From the NCBI GenBank assembly GCA_024224155.1, contig JAAENP010000095.1, forward strand, positions 66,070 to 130,069: DNA of 64,000 bases, written 5' to 3'. Origin of the DNA: a bacterium (lineage in GTDB: Bacteria; Acidobacteriota; Thermoanaerobaculia; Multivoradales; JAHEKO01). Made by a program: the position numbers and the translations under genes. Positions 40,550 to 51,163 of the stretch are shown here, one piece after another. The notes beneath the pieces are model-generated. The model was not told where the DNA came from, searched no databases, and saw only the letters and a list, made by a program, of their open reading frames with translations. The stretch's first letter is position 1. The number at the start of each line of letters is the position of its first letter.

Positions 40550-42976
40550 CTAGGTCTCTTCTCCGACGGGCTCGCGCATGCGCTCCTGGAAGTCGAGCTC
40601 GTCTCCGACAACGGACACTGCGACCTCCTCGACGGAGCCGCCCGAACGCGCGATCAGGATCTCGGATACGGCATCCTGAACATGCCTCTGGATTGCTCGC
40701 CGCAGCGGACGAGCGCCCGTCGAGGGATCGATGCCGGCCTTGTCGAGGAGCCAGACCTTGGCTTCCTCGGACAGCGTGACCGAAAGGCCTCGCTCGCCCA
40801 GCGTGGCATTGATCTCGGCCAGGAGAATGTCGACGATGGCGCGCAGCTCCTTGCTCCCGAGGGGCCGATACACGATCAGCTCGTCAAGGCGATTGATGAA
40901 CTCCGGACTGAACGTTCGACGCAACTCGCCCAGTATCTCTTGCCGCAAACGATCGAAGCTCTGCTCCTCACTGGCCTCGCCGAAGCCCATACGGCCCCCA
41001 CTGGCCACCAGCTTGCTACCGATGTTCGAAGTCATGATCACCAGCGTGTTTTTGAAATCCACCTTGTTGCCGTAGGCGTCGGTGAGCATGCCGTCTTCGA
41101 GTATTTGAAGCAGCAGGTTCGCGACGTCGGGATGCGCCTTCTCGATCTCGTCGAAAAGCACCACCGAATAGGGCTGTCGCCGAATACGCTCGGTCAGTTG
41201 GCCACCCTCGTCGTGCCCCACATAACCGGGGGGCGATCCGATCATCTTGGAGACAGCGTGCTTCTCCATGTACTCGCTCATGTCGAACCGCACCAGCGCC
41301 TGCTGGCTGCCGAAGAGGAACTCCGCGAGCCGCCTGGCGGTCTCGGTCTTGCCGACGCCCGACGGGCCCAACAAGATGAACGAGCCCGCCGGTCGCTGCG
41401 GATTGCTCACGCCCAGGCGGGCGCGCCGAATCGCCCGGCAGATTGAATCCACCGCGTGATCCTGGCCAACCACCCAACGACGCAGCGACTCCTCCATGTT
41501 CATCAGGCGCTCGGCCTCGTCGCTGCGCAAGCTCGAAATCGGAATGCCCGTCCATGAGGAAATGACGTCCTCGACGTCCTGAGGAGTCACCACCAAAAGC
41601 CCTGCCTCTTCGGCCTGACCGCTGACGTTCTCGAGATCTTCACGCAGCTCGATCTCGCGCTCTCGCAGGTAGACCGCTCGTTCGAACTCCTTGTCCGAGA
41701 TCGCGGTCTTCATCTCGGCCACGACATCCTGGATCTCGCTCTCCAAACGGCGCACGTTCTGGGTGTCCCGAACGCGCCGCAGCTTGACCTTGGCTCCGGC
41801 TTCATCGATGACGTCAATCGCTTTATCGGGCTGTTGCCGATCGCTGATGTAACGGCCGGATTGATAGATCGCAGCACGCAGCGCGGCGTCGTTGTAGCGG
41901 ACCTTGTGAAAGGCCTCGTAGCGGGTCTTGATGCCTTCCAAGATAGCCAGGGTTTGTTCATCGCTCGGCGGCTCTACCTGAATCGACTGAAAGCGGCGCA
42001 GGAGCGACCTGTCCTTCTCTATGTAGCGCCGGTACTCGGTCAGCGTCGTCGCGCCAATGCACGAGATCTCACCGCGCGACAGCGCCGGCTTCAGAATGTT
42101 GGCTGCGTCGAGCGAACCCTCGGCCGATCCCGCACCGATAAGCGAGTGAATCTCATCGACGAAGACAATGACCTCTTGGTTCTCCTGCAGCTCCTTGAGG
42201 ATGGCCTTGAGCCTCTCCTCGAACTGTCCACGGTATTTGGTTCCGGCCACGATCAGTGACAGATCGATCGCGAACAACTTCTTCTGGGCCAAGAAAATCG
42301 GGACCAACCCCTGAACGATCCGCTGTGCGAGGCCTTCCACGATCGCCGTCTTGCCGACCCCCGGCTCACCGAGAAGAATCGGGTTGTTCTTGGTGCGGCG
42401 AGAGAGAATCTGGATAATCCGCTCGACTTCAGCCTCACGCCCGATGAGCGGATCGAAGACGCCCTGAGCGGCCAGCAGCGTCAAATCGCGTCCAAACTCG
42501 GACAGCACCGGCAGCTCTTTCTTCTGCAGGCTGGCCTCTCGCTCCTTGGCGATCGCCACGACCTCACTGCGGACCTTCTCCAACTCCAAGCCGTGGCGCG
42601 AGAGCAGCCTCATCGCGACACATCTTTCAACCCGGAGAATGCCTATCAGAAGATGTTCCGAGCCGACGGTCGAGTGGAGCATGCTCTCGGCCTCGTGCGA
42701 GGCGTAGGCGAGGATCTTCTTGGACTCTTCCGACAGCGGGAGCTCCGCGGTCGACGAGATCCGCTCGACGAACACGCGCTCACCTTCGATCTCCCGCCGG
42801 AGATCGTCGGCTTTGACCTGGAAGCGCTGGAACAGCTCCCCGACCGATTCTTCGCCCTCTCGAAGGATTCCTAAGAGGATGTGCTCGGACTCGATGACGC
42901 GGCTGCCCAGCTTGCTGGCTTCGTAGCGCGCGAAAAATAGGGCTCGGCGTGCTTTTTCGTTGTATTTCTCGAACAT
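40550..42976 (-). CDS. clpC: ATP-dependent Clp protease ATP-binding subunit ClpC-like
   Basis: Clp_N repeats and two AAA+ modules ([15 protein letters not shown]; [15 protein letters not shown]). 808 aa. Confidence 0.85.
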   Translation of the reverse strand: MFEKYNEKARRALFFARYEASKLGSRVIESEHILLGILREGEESVGELFQRFQVKADDLRREIEGERVFVERISSTAELPLSEESKKILAYASHEAESMLHSTVGSEHLLIGILRVERCVAMRLLSRHGLELEKVRSEVVAIAKEREASLQKKELPVLSEFGRDLTLLAAQGVFDPLIGREAEVERIIQILSRRTKNNPILLGEPGVGKTAIVEGLAQRIVQGLVPIFLAQKKLFAIDLSLIVAGTKYRGQFEERLKAILKELQENQEVIVFVDEIHSLIGAGSAEGSLDAANILKPALSRGEISCIGATTLTEYRRYIEKDRSLLRRFQSIQVEPPSDEQTLAILEGIKTRYEAFHKVRYNDAALRAAIYQSGRYISDRQQPDKAIDVIDEAGAKVKLRRVRDTQNVRRLESEIQDVVAEMKTAISDKEFERAVYLREREIELREDLENVSGQAEEAGLLVVTPQDVEDVISSWTGIPISSLRSDEAERLMNMEESLRRWVVGQDHAVDSICRAIRRARLGVSNPQRPAGSFILLGPSGVGKTETARRLAEFLFGSQQALVRFDMSEYMEKHAVSKMIGSPPGYVGHDEGGQLTERIRRQPYSVVLFDEIEKAHPDVANLLLQILEDGMLTDAYGNKVDFKNTLVIMTSNIGSKLVASGGRMGFGEASEEQSFDRLRQEILGELRRTFSPEFINRLDELIVYRPLGSKELRAIVDILLAEINATLGERGLSVTLSEEAKVWLLDKAGIDPSTGARPLRRAIQRHVQDAVSEILIARSGGSVEEVAVSVVGDELDFQERMREPVGEET

Positions 42977-43021
42977 TCGACGAGCACTCCAAGGCCTCTC
43001 AAACGATTCGATTCGGACCGC

Positions 43022-43696
43022 TTACTCGCGCAGTACACCCTTCTGCAACGTCAAAACTCTACCACAGCGCCTTGCTATTTCCCGGTTGTGAGTGACCACC
43101 AAAGCGGTCGTCCCGCGGCGCTTCTGAAGCGCCACCATCAGCTCGAATACCTGCTCGCCGATCTCCGGATCCAGGTTCCCGGTCGGCTCGTCCGCAAGCA
43201 GCAGGGGCGGCTCCAGTAGCAGAGCCCGGCAGAGCGCGACCCTCTGCTGCTCGCCGCCCGAGAGCTGTGACGGGAAATGGCCCGCGCGGTCGGCCAAGCC
43301 GACCTCGTCGAGCAGGCCCGCGGCCTTCGCCTGCAGGGCTCCACCGCGCAAACCCGCGATCCGCCCCGGCACGAGAACATTCTCGAGCGCTGTGAAGTCG
43401 GCGAGCAGCTCCTGAAACTGAAACACGAAGCCAATGGTCCGATTCCGGAAAGCGGCCAGCTCTTCGGCGTTCATGGCGGCCAGATCGGCGCCACCCACTG
43501 AAATCGAGCCGCTGTCGGGTCGATCGAGAGCTCCGAGTAGATGCAGCAGGGTCGATTTCCCGGTTCCGGATTGCCCGACGACCGCCACCGATTCGCCGGG
43601 CTCGACGGTCATGTCGACTCCGCGCAAAACCTCGATCCGGCGCTCGCCGTCCCGATAGGCCTTGAAGACATCGCGAGCGACCACGGCCACGGTCAA
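43022..43696 (-). CDS. lolD: Lipoprotein-releasing ABC transporter ATP-binding protein LolD-like
   Basis: Walker A GQSGTGKST, signature LSGGEQQRVALCRAL, Walker B LLLADEPTGNLD. Confidence 0.75.
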   Translation of the reverse strand: MTVAVVARDVFKAYRDGERRIEVLRGVDMTVEPGESVAVVGQSGTGKSTLLHLLGALDRPDSGSISVGGADLAAMNAEELAAFRNRTIGFVFQFQELLADFTALENVLVPGRIAGLRGGALQAKAAGLLDEVGLADRAGHFPSQLSGGEQQRVALCRALLLEPPLLLADEPTGNLDPEIGEQVFELMVALQKRRGTTALVVTHNREIARRCGRVLTLQKGVLRE

Positions 43697-44889
43697 CGGT
43701 GAAGAACCTCCACCGGCCGCAGCGAAGCGGCCGATCGCGACCCCAGAGCGGCAGCGAGAGCCGCGATCGCCAGGGCGCTGGCCATCACCAGGAATACATC
43801 GCCGGGCTCGACTTCAAAGGGCACGTGGTCGAGGAAGTAGACGCTCGCCGGAAGCCGGAGCAACTGATACCGGCCCAGCAGCCACGCCAGCAAGGCACCG
43901 ACCGAGCCACCGACCGCGACTCCGGCAAGCCCGAGTGCGCCGCCGAGCAGAACGAAGGACCGGGTGATTGTGCGCCGGGTAGCGCCCATGGCGCCCAGAA
44001 TCCCGATCTCCCTGCGCTTGCTGGCGACGATCAAATGAATATCGGAGACCAGGGCGAGGGCCGCCACCAGGACGATCAAGAGCACAGCCAGAAACATCAG
44101 CGTCTTCTCCAGCCGCAGCGCGAAGAACAGAGCCTGGTTCAAGTCCTGCCAGGAACTCATCCGCAACGCGCTCTCGTTCTCGACCCGCAACCGCGCCACG
44201 AGAGAAAGAGCCGAGCTCAGGTCGCCGGTCTCGACCAGGACCCTGTATTCAGAACGCCCCAAGAGTGCCTCGGCCGCGGCCAGCGGCAAGGCGATCCTGT
44301 TCCGTTGCTCGGTCACGCCGCTGTCGAATGAGTCGGTCACCGCGAGCCGCACGACCCGAGGCTGAGGACCGAGGGGGGTCAGAGTCGGCCTGCTGGAGGC
44401 GATCTCGACGACCTCCCCCGGCTCCAGAATCCAGGCGTCGGCCAAGGAGTCCGGCACGTAGAGCCCGTTCGGGCGACCCTCGGCGCCTGGGAAGATCACC
44501 GGCACCGGGCCTTCATAACCGAGCATGGCCACCGGCCGAATGCTGCCGCGATGAGCTATCCAACCTGCCCCCCTCGCCGTGATCTGAGCCGAGCGCACCT
44601 CGCTCATCGCAAGCAGCCGGCCCTGGAGCGCCGCTGCCGCGACGCGGTCCGGAACCTCGATCTCGATCTCCGGGGTGCGCAGCAGAATCTCGCGACGCAG
44701 AGCACTCTGAAAACCCGCCAGAGCGCTGAGCGCAAGAATCAACGCGGCAACTCCCACGGCGATCCCGCCTGCAGCCACAGCGGAGAGAAACGTGACGAAC
44801 GAGTCTTTGCGCCCGCTCTTCAGGTAACGGACAGCCAGAACCACCGGCAGCGGCGATCGGGTCACCTCTCCGAGACTCCGGAAGATCAA
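43693..44889 (-). CDS. Lipoprotein-releasing ABC transporter permease LolC/E-like (FtsX fold)
   Basis: MacB/FtsX-type permease with 4 TM and a large periplasmic loop. It is coupled by 4-nt overlaps to lolD and lysS. Confidence 0.75.
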   Translation of the reverse strand: MIFRSLGEVTRSPLPVVLAVRYLKSGRKDSFVTFLSAVAAGGIAVGVAALILALSALAGFQSALRREILLRTPEIEIEVPDRVAAAALQGRLLAMSEVRSAQITARGAGWIAHRGSIRPVAMLGYEGPVPVIFPGAEGRPNGLYVPDSLADAWILEPGEVVEIASSRPTLTPLGPQPRVVRLAVTDSFDSGVTEQRNRIALPLAAAEALLGRSEYRVLVETGDLSSALSLVARLRVENESALRMSSWQDLNQALFFALRLEKTLMFLAVLLIVLVAALALVSDIHLIVASKRREIGILGAMGATRRTITRSFVLLGGALGLAGVAVGGSVGALLAWLLGRYQLLRLPASVYFLDHVPFEVEPGDVFLVMASALAIAALAAALGSRSAASLRPVEVLHR

Positions 44890-46514
44890 TCCGATTCCTC
44901 GGACTCCACGGGTCCCTCGGAGCTCTCCTCCGCCAACGCCTCCAGGAACTCGCTTGCCTCGGGCTTGAGGAGCGGAAAGAGAATGACATCGCGAATCGAA
45001 GAGCTGTCGGTCAGCAGCATGGCGAGCCGGTCAACGCCGATCCCTTCGCCACCCGCCGGCGGCATACCGTGCTCGAGGGCCAGTACGTAGTCCGCATCGT
45101 AGCGGTGAGCTTCCTCGTCACCGAGCTCGCGCGCCTGCAGCTGAGCCCGAAAGCGCTCGGCCTGGGTCTCGGGATCGTTCAACTCAGTGAAGGCATTGGC
45201 GATCTCCATACCGCCGACGAAAAGCTCGAAACGCTCGACGAAGCGCGGGTCGTCGGGACAGGCCTTGGCAAAGGGCGAGACAACGACCGGGTAATCGGTG
45301 ATGAAGGTCGGCTGTACGAGACGGTCCTCGACCGTGGCCTCAAAGAGCCTGATGAGCAGAAAACCGTACCAACCGTCCGGCACTTTGACATCCGCATGAT
45401 CGCGCTCGAAAGCCATACGGGAGCCGCAGGTCAGAACCGGGTGGCTGGGATCGGACACCTGCGCCGGCCAGGGAATCTCGCGCTGCGAGAGCTCCCGCGC
45501 GATGTCCGCGGGGTGGTCCAGCTGGCTGTCATCGATCTGCTCGTACTTGGCGATCGCTTGGCGAACCGTGTAACGAGGCCAGGGCGGCATGACCTCGATG
45601 CGCTCGCCTTTCCAGATCAGCGCCGGCTCGCCCAAGAGCTCCATCGCCAAATCCGAAATCAGGCGTTCGGTGAAATCCATCAGCTGCAGGTAGTCCGAGT
45701 AGGCCCAGTAGAACTCCAGCATGGTGAACTCTGGGTTGTGCTGGGTCGAGATACCCTCGTTGCGAAAGTTGCGATTGATCTCGTAGACGCGGTGGATTCC
45801 TCCGACCAAAAGGCGCTTCAGATACAGCTCGGGCGCGATTCGCAGATATAGGTCGAGATCGAGAGCGTTGTGGTGCGTCATAAAGGGCCGCGCCGCCGCT
45901 CCTCCGGCAAGCGTCTGCATCATCGGCGTCTCGACCTCGAGAAAGCCCCGCCGATCGAAGACGTCGCGCAGATATCGAATCGCGCGGGCACGAATCTCGA
46001 AGGCCCGGCGTGACTGGGTATTGCCCAAGAGATCGAGGTACCGCCTGCGGTAGCGGGCCTCGACCGCGGCCAGGCCGTGCCACTTCTCGGGGAGCGGTCT
46101 CAGCGCCTTGGCCAGCATCGACACGTCGGTGGCGGCTAGGGTCAGCTCGCCGGTTCGTGTGCGAATGAGCTCGCCGGTGACGACAGCGTAGTCGCCAAGG
46201 TCGAAATCCGCTACGAGCTCCGCCGCCCGTTCGCTCAAGATCGTCTTGCGCGCCATGACCTGAAGCTTGACCCCGTCGTGCAGATCCAGAAAGGTGGTCT
46301 TGCCATGCTTGCGCAGCGCCGTGATCCGGCCCGGGACTCGGAGCACCAGTCCCGCGTGCTCGAGCTCCTCAGCGCTTCGTTCGTCGTATCGTCCGTGAAC
46401 CTCCGAGGGCTCGAGGTCGTACTCGACGCGACTCGGGTAGGGCTCGACCCCTTGCGCGCGCATCAGATCGAGCTTACTGCGGCGGTTCTCCATCTGCTGA
46501 TCGAGTTCGGACAT
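44886..46514 (-). CDS. lysS: Lysine--tRNA ligase (class II)
   Basis: N-terminal OB anticodon-binding domain plus a class II core. Start trimmed to MSELDQQMENRRSKL. The ORF track extends to 46661. Confidence 0.85.
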   Translation of the reverse strand: MSELDQQMENRRSKLDLMRAQGVEPYPSRVEYDLEPSEVHGRYDERSAEELEHAGLVLRVPGRITALRKHGKTTFLDLHDGVKLQVMARKTILSERAAELVADFDLGDYAVVTGELIRTRTGELTLAATDVSMLAKALRPLPEKWHGLAAVEARYRRRYLDLLGNTQSRRAFEIRARAIRYLRDVFDRRGFLEVETPMMQTLAGGAAARPFMTHHNALDLDLYLRIAPELYLKRLLVGGIHRVYEINRNFRNEGISTQHNPEFTMLEFYWAYSDYLQLMDFTERLISDLAMELLGEPALIWKGERIEVMPPWPRYTVRQAIAKYEQIDDSQLDHPADIARELSQREIPWPAQVSDPSHPVLTCGSRMAFERDHADVKVPDGWYGFLLIRLFEATVEDRLVQPTFITDYPVVVSPFAKACPDDPRFVERFELFVGGMEIANAFTELNDPETQAERFRAQLQARELGDEEAHRYDADYVLALEHGMPPAGGEGIGVDRLAMLLTDSSSIRDVILFPLLKPEASEFLEALAEESSEGPVESEESD

Positions 46515-46659
46515 GTCGCAAAGGGACAGCGCCCCTCGGGCCGCCCGGGTCGATTCTATTTCGGAAGCGAGGAACACGCACGCTTCACGGGGGCGGGTTT
46601 CCCTCCATCGAGACCACGGCGCCGGGAAGGCGCGCTCGACTGCTACCATTCCCACCGAC

Positions 46660-47493
46660 ATGGAGCGCCATCTGGAGCAACTGCACGCCGCCCGTCAGGC
46701 CTGGCAAGAACGTGGCTGGCCGGCGCCCGACCTGCTGTTGGTCTCTGGCTCCGGACTCGCCGTCGACCTGGCCGGGGCAACCAGGCACCAGGCCGACCTC
46801 GAGGAGGTCGTCCCGTTTCCGGTGCGCGGAGTTGTCGGCCACCCGCTCGAATTCCAGATGCTCGAGCCGATCCCGGGCAGGTTCGTCGCCTACCAGCGCG
46901 GCCGGGTCCACTCGTACCAGGGCTATGACGCCAATGAGACCGTCTTCGTCGTGCGGTTGGCTGCCCTGCGGGGCGCAAAGAGGCTGGTGATGACCAACGC
47001 CGCCGGGGGCGTGCACGCGAGCCAGTCGGCGGGCGAGATCGCGATCATCGAGGATCAGATCAACCTGATGGGGCTCAATCCGCTCAGGGGCGAGCTGCCG
47101 CCGGAATGGGGACCGCAGTTCCCGGACATGCTCAACGCGCATGACCCGGAGCTCGGAGACCTCGCCGCTCGGGTCGCCGAAGAGCTGGATATCCGATGCT
47201 CACGCGGTGTCTATGCGGGCTTCGCCGGTCCCAGCTTCGAGACCGCGGCGGAAGTCGACATGGCTCGCACCTTGGGCGCCGACCTGGTGGGGATGTCCAC
47301 GGTGCTCGAGGTCATTGCGGCTCGGCACCTGGGAGTCCGCTGTCTTTGCTTCTCGCTGATCGCCAACCTCGCCGCCGGTGTAACGAACGAAGCCGTGGAC
47401 CACCTCAAGGTTTTGGAGGCCAGCGAAGCGGCAGGGGGCCGGCTGGGAAGGCTGCTGACAGAGCTTCTGACCCGCGAGCGTCTGTACGAATAG
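46660..47493 (+). CDS. punA: Purine nucleoside phosphorylase (PNP/MTAP family, PunA-like)
   Basis: LVMTNAAGGV ... EDQINLMGLNPL ... SFETAAE ... GADLVGMSTVLEVIAARHLG motifs. Confidence 0.75.
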   Translation: MERHLEQLHAARQAWQERGWPAPDLLLVSGSGLAVDLAGATRHQADLEEVVPFPVRGVVGHPLEFQMLEPIPGRFVAYQRGRVHSYQGYDANETVFVVRLAALRGAKRLVMTNAAGGVHASQSAGEIAIIEDQINLMGLNPLRGELPPEWGPQFPDMLNAHDPELGDLAARVAEELDIRCSRGVYAGFAGPSFETAAEVDMARTLGADLVGMSTVLEVIAARHLGVRCLCFSLIANLAAGVTNEAVDHLKVLEASEAAGGRLGRLLTELLTRERLYE

Positions 47494-47526
47494 CCCCGCA
47501 ATGCCGGTTGGCTTCTGCGACGCTCC

Positions 47527-49050
47527 CTAGCGCCGCCGCAGGGTCTCGTTTACGAGAAGCCAGAGCCCCGAGTACTCGCGCATCAAGTGCATCTTCGAGA
47601 ACTGCAGCTCGCGCACCTGGGGTGTCTCCTGGTCCGCCAGCCGCATCTCCAGAAAATGCCCGAACCTGCGCAAGTAGAGGTCCCCGAGCCGCAAACTCGC
47701 ACCGGCGTCCAGGAAGTCGACCTTGCGGCCGCCCGAGCTGGCCTCGATTCCGACACCGTGCAGCCGGTCTACAAGCAGCCTGATCTTGCGCCGCAGGCTC
47801 GAGGCCGCGAGGAGAAACTGCTCGAGCTCCGTATCGCAGGTCGCACCGCTCGAAAGCCGTGCGAACGCCTCTATCTCCCGATGCCCGAGCCGGAAGTCGA
47901 GCAGCCGAGAGTCTAGGCCGCTGGTCCTGTCTGAACCTCGATGGGTCTCCCGAAGAGCCTCTACCAGATCTTCGAAAAGCGACCCGAGCAGGTCCCGCTC
48001 GGCTGCTGTGGCCAGGGCGTTCTCAGCCGCCAGCACTCCGCCCGTGGCCAGCTCTCCGTCCGGGTCCGCGGTTTCGTCAAATGCGATACGCCCGAAGATA
48101 TCCCTCACCGAGTTCTGAATCTCGGCCATTGTGTCCAGCCGGAGCGTGCCACCCTTGACCTGTTTCTTGAAGCTACCGACCTGGTTGTGGAGCTTCGAGA
48201 CCGGCTCGGCCAACTCTCGGCCGAGAAGCCCCTGCTCCTCCAGCTGAGAGACTCTCTCGTAGTCTTCGAAGATCTTCTCCTGGGCCTTCTCGGTGAGCTC
48301 ATCGACGCGCGCGGAAACTGCCAGATTCGTACTCACGATCATGGGCAGAATGGACTTCTCGACGATCAACGCCCCGAGGCCGTGCTTGAGGCTGCGGTAA
48401 TGGGCCACCAGTTCGCGCTCGGCAAGCACCTCGAAGCTGCCGACCTGCTCGATCTCGTTGCGGACCGCTTGAATCAGCTTCATCCTGTTGGCGATCTTCT
48501 GAGGATCGCTCGGGGCGGGTACCTTCACGTACTCCGAAATCCCGCCCAGGACTCTCTTCAGCCGCTCATGATCACCACCGTTGGCGGGATCGGAGATGGC
48601 CTCGCCCAGTCGACTCAGCAGGTAGTCGACCTTGTCGGCACGCTCGGGCCACCAGTCACGGCCACGCTGCGCCTCGAGGTAGAATCGAATCAACTCGATG
48701 AGAATCCGCTCGTCCTGAGTCTTCACCCTCTGAAAGAACAGGCGAACGAGAGACGGCGAGATCCTCCTGTCCTGCTGATCGAGAGATTCGGTCAACTGGC
48801 CCAACCGCCGCCGCGCCTCCTCGAGCTCCTCCACCACGGGGGGGATATCGAGGTCGTTGAGCCGCAGCGAAACCTGGCGCAGACTCTGGTAGAGACTCTG
48901 GAAGTCCTTGGTCCGATCGTCCAGATCCTCGCTGCCGAAGAACTTCCGAAGCCCGAGCAGGAAGCGGTGAAAGGTCCAGCTGGCCCTGTAACGGCGGGAC
49001 AGCTCTCGGTACAGCTGATTGACGGGGTTGACTTCGTCAGCTAGAACCAT
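47527..49050 (-). CDS. Hypothetical protein (507 aa, predicted all-alpha, cytoplasmic)
   Basis: A long, clean ORF with the local codon style. No TM and no motif I recognise. Confidence 0.5.
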   Translation of the reverse strand: MVLADEVNPVNQLYRELSRRYRASWTFHRFLLGLRKFFGSEDLDDRTKDFQSLYQSLRQVSLRLNDLDIPPVVEELEEARRRLGQLTESLDQQDRRISPSLVRLFFQRVKTQDERILIELIRFYLEAQRGRDWWPERADKVDYLLSRLGEAISDPANGGDHERLKRVLGGISEYVKVPAPSDPQKIANRMKLIQAVRNEIEQVGSFEVLAERELVAHYRSLKHGLGALIVEKSILPMIVSTNLAVSARVDELTEKAQEKIFEDYERVSQLEEQGLLGRELAEPVSKLHNQVGSFKKQVKGGTLRLDTMAEIQNSVRDIFGRIAFDETADPDGELATGGVLAAENALATAAERDLLGSLFEDLVEALRETHRGSDRTSGLDSRLLDFRLGHREIEAFARLSSGATCDTELEQFLLAASSLRRKIRLLVDRLHGVGIEASSGGRKVDFLDAGASLRLGDLYLRRFGHFLEMRLADQETPQVRELQFSKMHLMREYSGLWLLVNETLRRR

Positions 49051-49096
49051 GTTGAATCCGAGCGGTCACGCAGCATTCTAGAGGATGGAGTAGTCA

Positions 49097-49642
49097 ATGG
49101 ACAGATCGCCGCCACGAGTATTGATATCCGAGGACGAGCTCCAGCATCGCATTGCCGAGCTGGCGGCGGAGATTGATCGTGACTACCAGGAGGAGGAGCT
49201 CCTTTGCATCGGAGTTCTGAAGGGCTCCGTGTTCTTCATGGTCGACCTCCTGAAGAAGGTCACCGTACCGGCCAAGATCGATTTCCTTCAGACCTCGAGC
49301 TACCGGTCGGGAACCACGCCCGGCGAAGTGCGCATTAGGAAAGACGTCGACGTCGCGATTCGGGGCAAGCACGTCTTGATCATCGAGGACATCGTCGATA
49401 CCGGCCATACGCTGAGCACGGTGCTCGGGCTATTTCGCTTCCGCGGCGCCAGCAGCGTCAGGCTATGTGCCCTCCTCGACAAGCACGAAGCCCGCGAGGT
49501 TCCGATATCCGTGGATTACTCGGGGTTCAAGATCGACAACGTATTCGTGGTCGGCTACGGGCTCGACCTCGACGAGCGCTACCGAGAGCTTCCTTACATC
49601 GGTGTCTACGACAGCGACGATGCACAAACCCAGGAGGGCTGA
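49097..49642 (+). CDS. hpt: Hypoxanthine phosphoribosyltransferase
   Basis: The PRTase motif VLIIEDIVDTGHTL and the Hpt family length. Confidence 0.85.
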   Translation: MDRSPPRVLISEDELQHRIAELAAEIDRDYQEEELLCIGVLKGSVFFMVDLLKKVTVPAKIDFLQTSSYRSGTTPGEVRIRKDVDVAIRGKHVLIIEDIVDTGHTLSTVLGLFRFRGASSVRLCALLDKHEAREVPISVDYSGFKIDNVFVVGYGLDLDERYRELPYIGVYDSDDAQTQEG

Positions 49643-49643
49643 G

Positions 49644-50021
49644 ATGGATTTCCTTCATTCGGACGCGGCTCCGGCGGCCATTGGGCCTTACTCACAGGCG
49701 ATCTCGGTCGACGGCTTTCTCTACACCTCCGGTCAAGTGGCCCTCGACGCCAGCACCGGCGAGCTGGTCGGCGAGGACTTCGAGACTCAGGCACGCAAGG
49801 TCCTGAGCAACCTCGAGGCGGTGTTGAGCTCGGCGGGCTGCGCCTTCTCGGACGTGGTCAAGGCCACCGTGTTCGTGGTCGACCTGGCCGACTTCCCGCG
49901 GCTGAACGAGCTCTACGGCGAGGCCATGGGCAATCACCGGCCCGCACGCTCGACGGTGCAGGTGGCGGGCCTGCCCAAGGGCGCGTTGGTCGAGATCGAT
50001 CTGATCGCCAAGCTGCCGTAG
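49644..50021 (+). CDS. ridA: RidA/YjgF-family reactive enamine/imine deaminase
   Basis: AIGPYSQAI...GQVALD...ARSTVQVAGLPKGALVEIDLIA. CAGGAGGG RBS. The ATG is 2 nt after the hpt stop. Confidence 0.8.
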   Translation: MDFLHSDAAPAAIGPYSQAISVDGFLYTSGQVALDASTGELVGEDFETQARKVLSNLEAVLSSAGCAFSDVVKATVFVVDLADFPRLNELYGEAMGNHRPARSTVQVAGLPKGALVEIDLIAKLP

Positions 50022-50122
50022 GCGGTGTAACGGGCTGGCTCGGGCGGAAAGGCCGCGCGCCGCCAGGTTCGCGCTTCGGCGCCGCTCGGCAGAGCAGCCG
50101 GCCAGGGGCCGCCGTCGAGGCT

Positions 50123-51163
50123 CTAGCTTCGCAGCGCGTTCGCGATGCGATCGATCGCTGTGCCCATGGCTTCGCTCCCGACGTCGCGATGGGTTACGAA
50201 TCGAACCCGCGCCCAATCCAGGGCCACCGTCAGGACTCCACGATCGGAGAGCGCGGCAACCAAGCGCCCCGCCGCGTCGCCCTTTCCCTCGACTTCGACG
50301 ATCACGATATTGGTCTCGACGAGGCGCGGATCGATCCCGACTCCCGGCATCTGGGCCAGGGACTCGGCCAGGCGCCGAGCCCGAACGTGGTCTTCCACGA
50401 GACTGGCCGCTCCGCGCTCGAGCGCGACCAGCCCGGCCGCGGCGAGAATTCCTACCTGCCGCATACCACCGCCGAAGAGCTTACGGACGCCGCGAGCGGC
50501 TTCCACGAACTCTCGCGAGCCGCAAAGCATCGAACCGGCCGGAGCACCGAGGCCCTTGGACAGCGAGAACATCGCCGAGTCGAAGAAGTGGGTCAACGTC
50601 GCGACCTCAACCCCCAAGGCGGCGGCAGCATTGAACACGCGGCCACCGTCCAGATGAACCGGGATTCCCCGCCGGCGGCAGACCTCGACGACCTCCTGCT
50701 GCGGCTCGGCGCCCCCGGCGAGGCCGCCGGCGCTCATCGCCGCGTTCTCGAGCGAGACCAGACCCGTCGGTGCGCGATAGACCGCGTCAGGAGCGATCGC
50801 CGCCTCGACCTGTTCGGCGCTCAGCAGCCCTCGCTTCCCCACCAGCGGTCTCGGCATCAATCCGGAGAGCACCGCCATTCCGCCGCGCTCAAAGTGAAAA
50901 ACATGGCTCTCGGCCTCGCAGATCACCTCACTACCTCGGGCAGCATGTACGTGGAGGGCGATCTCGTTGGCCATCGTCCCCGACGGCACGAAAAGGCTCG
51001 CCTCGTTTCCACTCACGCGAGCCGCCGCCTCCTCCAGGCGAATCACCGTCGGGTCCTCGCCGAAAACGTCGTCGCCCACCTCGGCGACGGACATCGCCCG
51101 GCGCATCTCGTCGTCGGGACGGGTGACCGTGTCGGAACGCAGATCGACGACCGCGCCGCTCAA
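50123..51163 (-). CDS. ltaE: Low-specificity L-threonine aldolase
   Basis: The N-terminus (M)SGAVVDLRSDTVTRP is an LtaE signature. PLP Lys in FSLSKGLGAP. The TTG start at 51163 is preceded by GGTGGAG. The ORF-track extension to 51532 is not homologous. Confidence 0.8.
   Translation of the reverse strand: MSGAVVDLRSDTVTRPDDEMRRAMSVAEVGDDVFGEDPTVIRLEEAAARVSGNEASLFVPSGTMANEIALHVHAARGSEVICEAESHVFHFERGGMAVLSGLMPRPLVGKRGLLSAEQVEAAIAPDAVYRAPTGLVSLENAAMSAGGLAGGAEPQQEVVEVCRRRGIPVHLDGGRVFNAAAALGVEVATLTHFFDSAMFSLSKGLGAPAGSMLCGSREFVEAARGVRKLFGGGMRQVGILAAAGLVALERGAASLVEDHVRARRLAESLAQMPGVGIDPRLVETNIVIVEVEGKGDAAGRLVAALSDRGVLTVALDWARVRFVTHRDVGSEAMGTAIDRIANALRS

Noticed and set aside
46514-46662. Possible head-to-head overlap of the lysS (long form, start 46661) and punA (start 46660) start codons.
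   Set aside because: - The LysS N-terminus aligns with MSELDQQ… at 46514.
- The longer form is therefore probably untranslated, leaving a normal 145-bp divergent promoter region.
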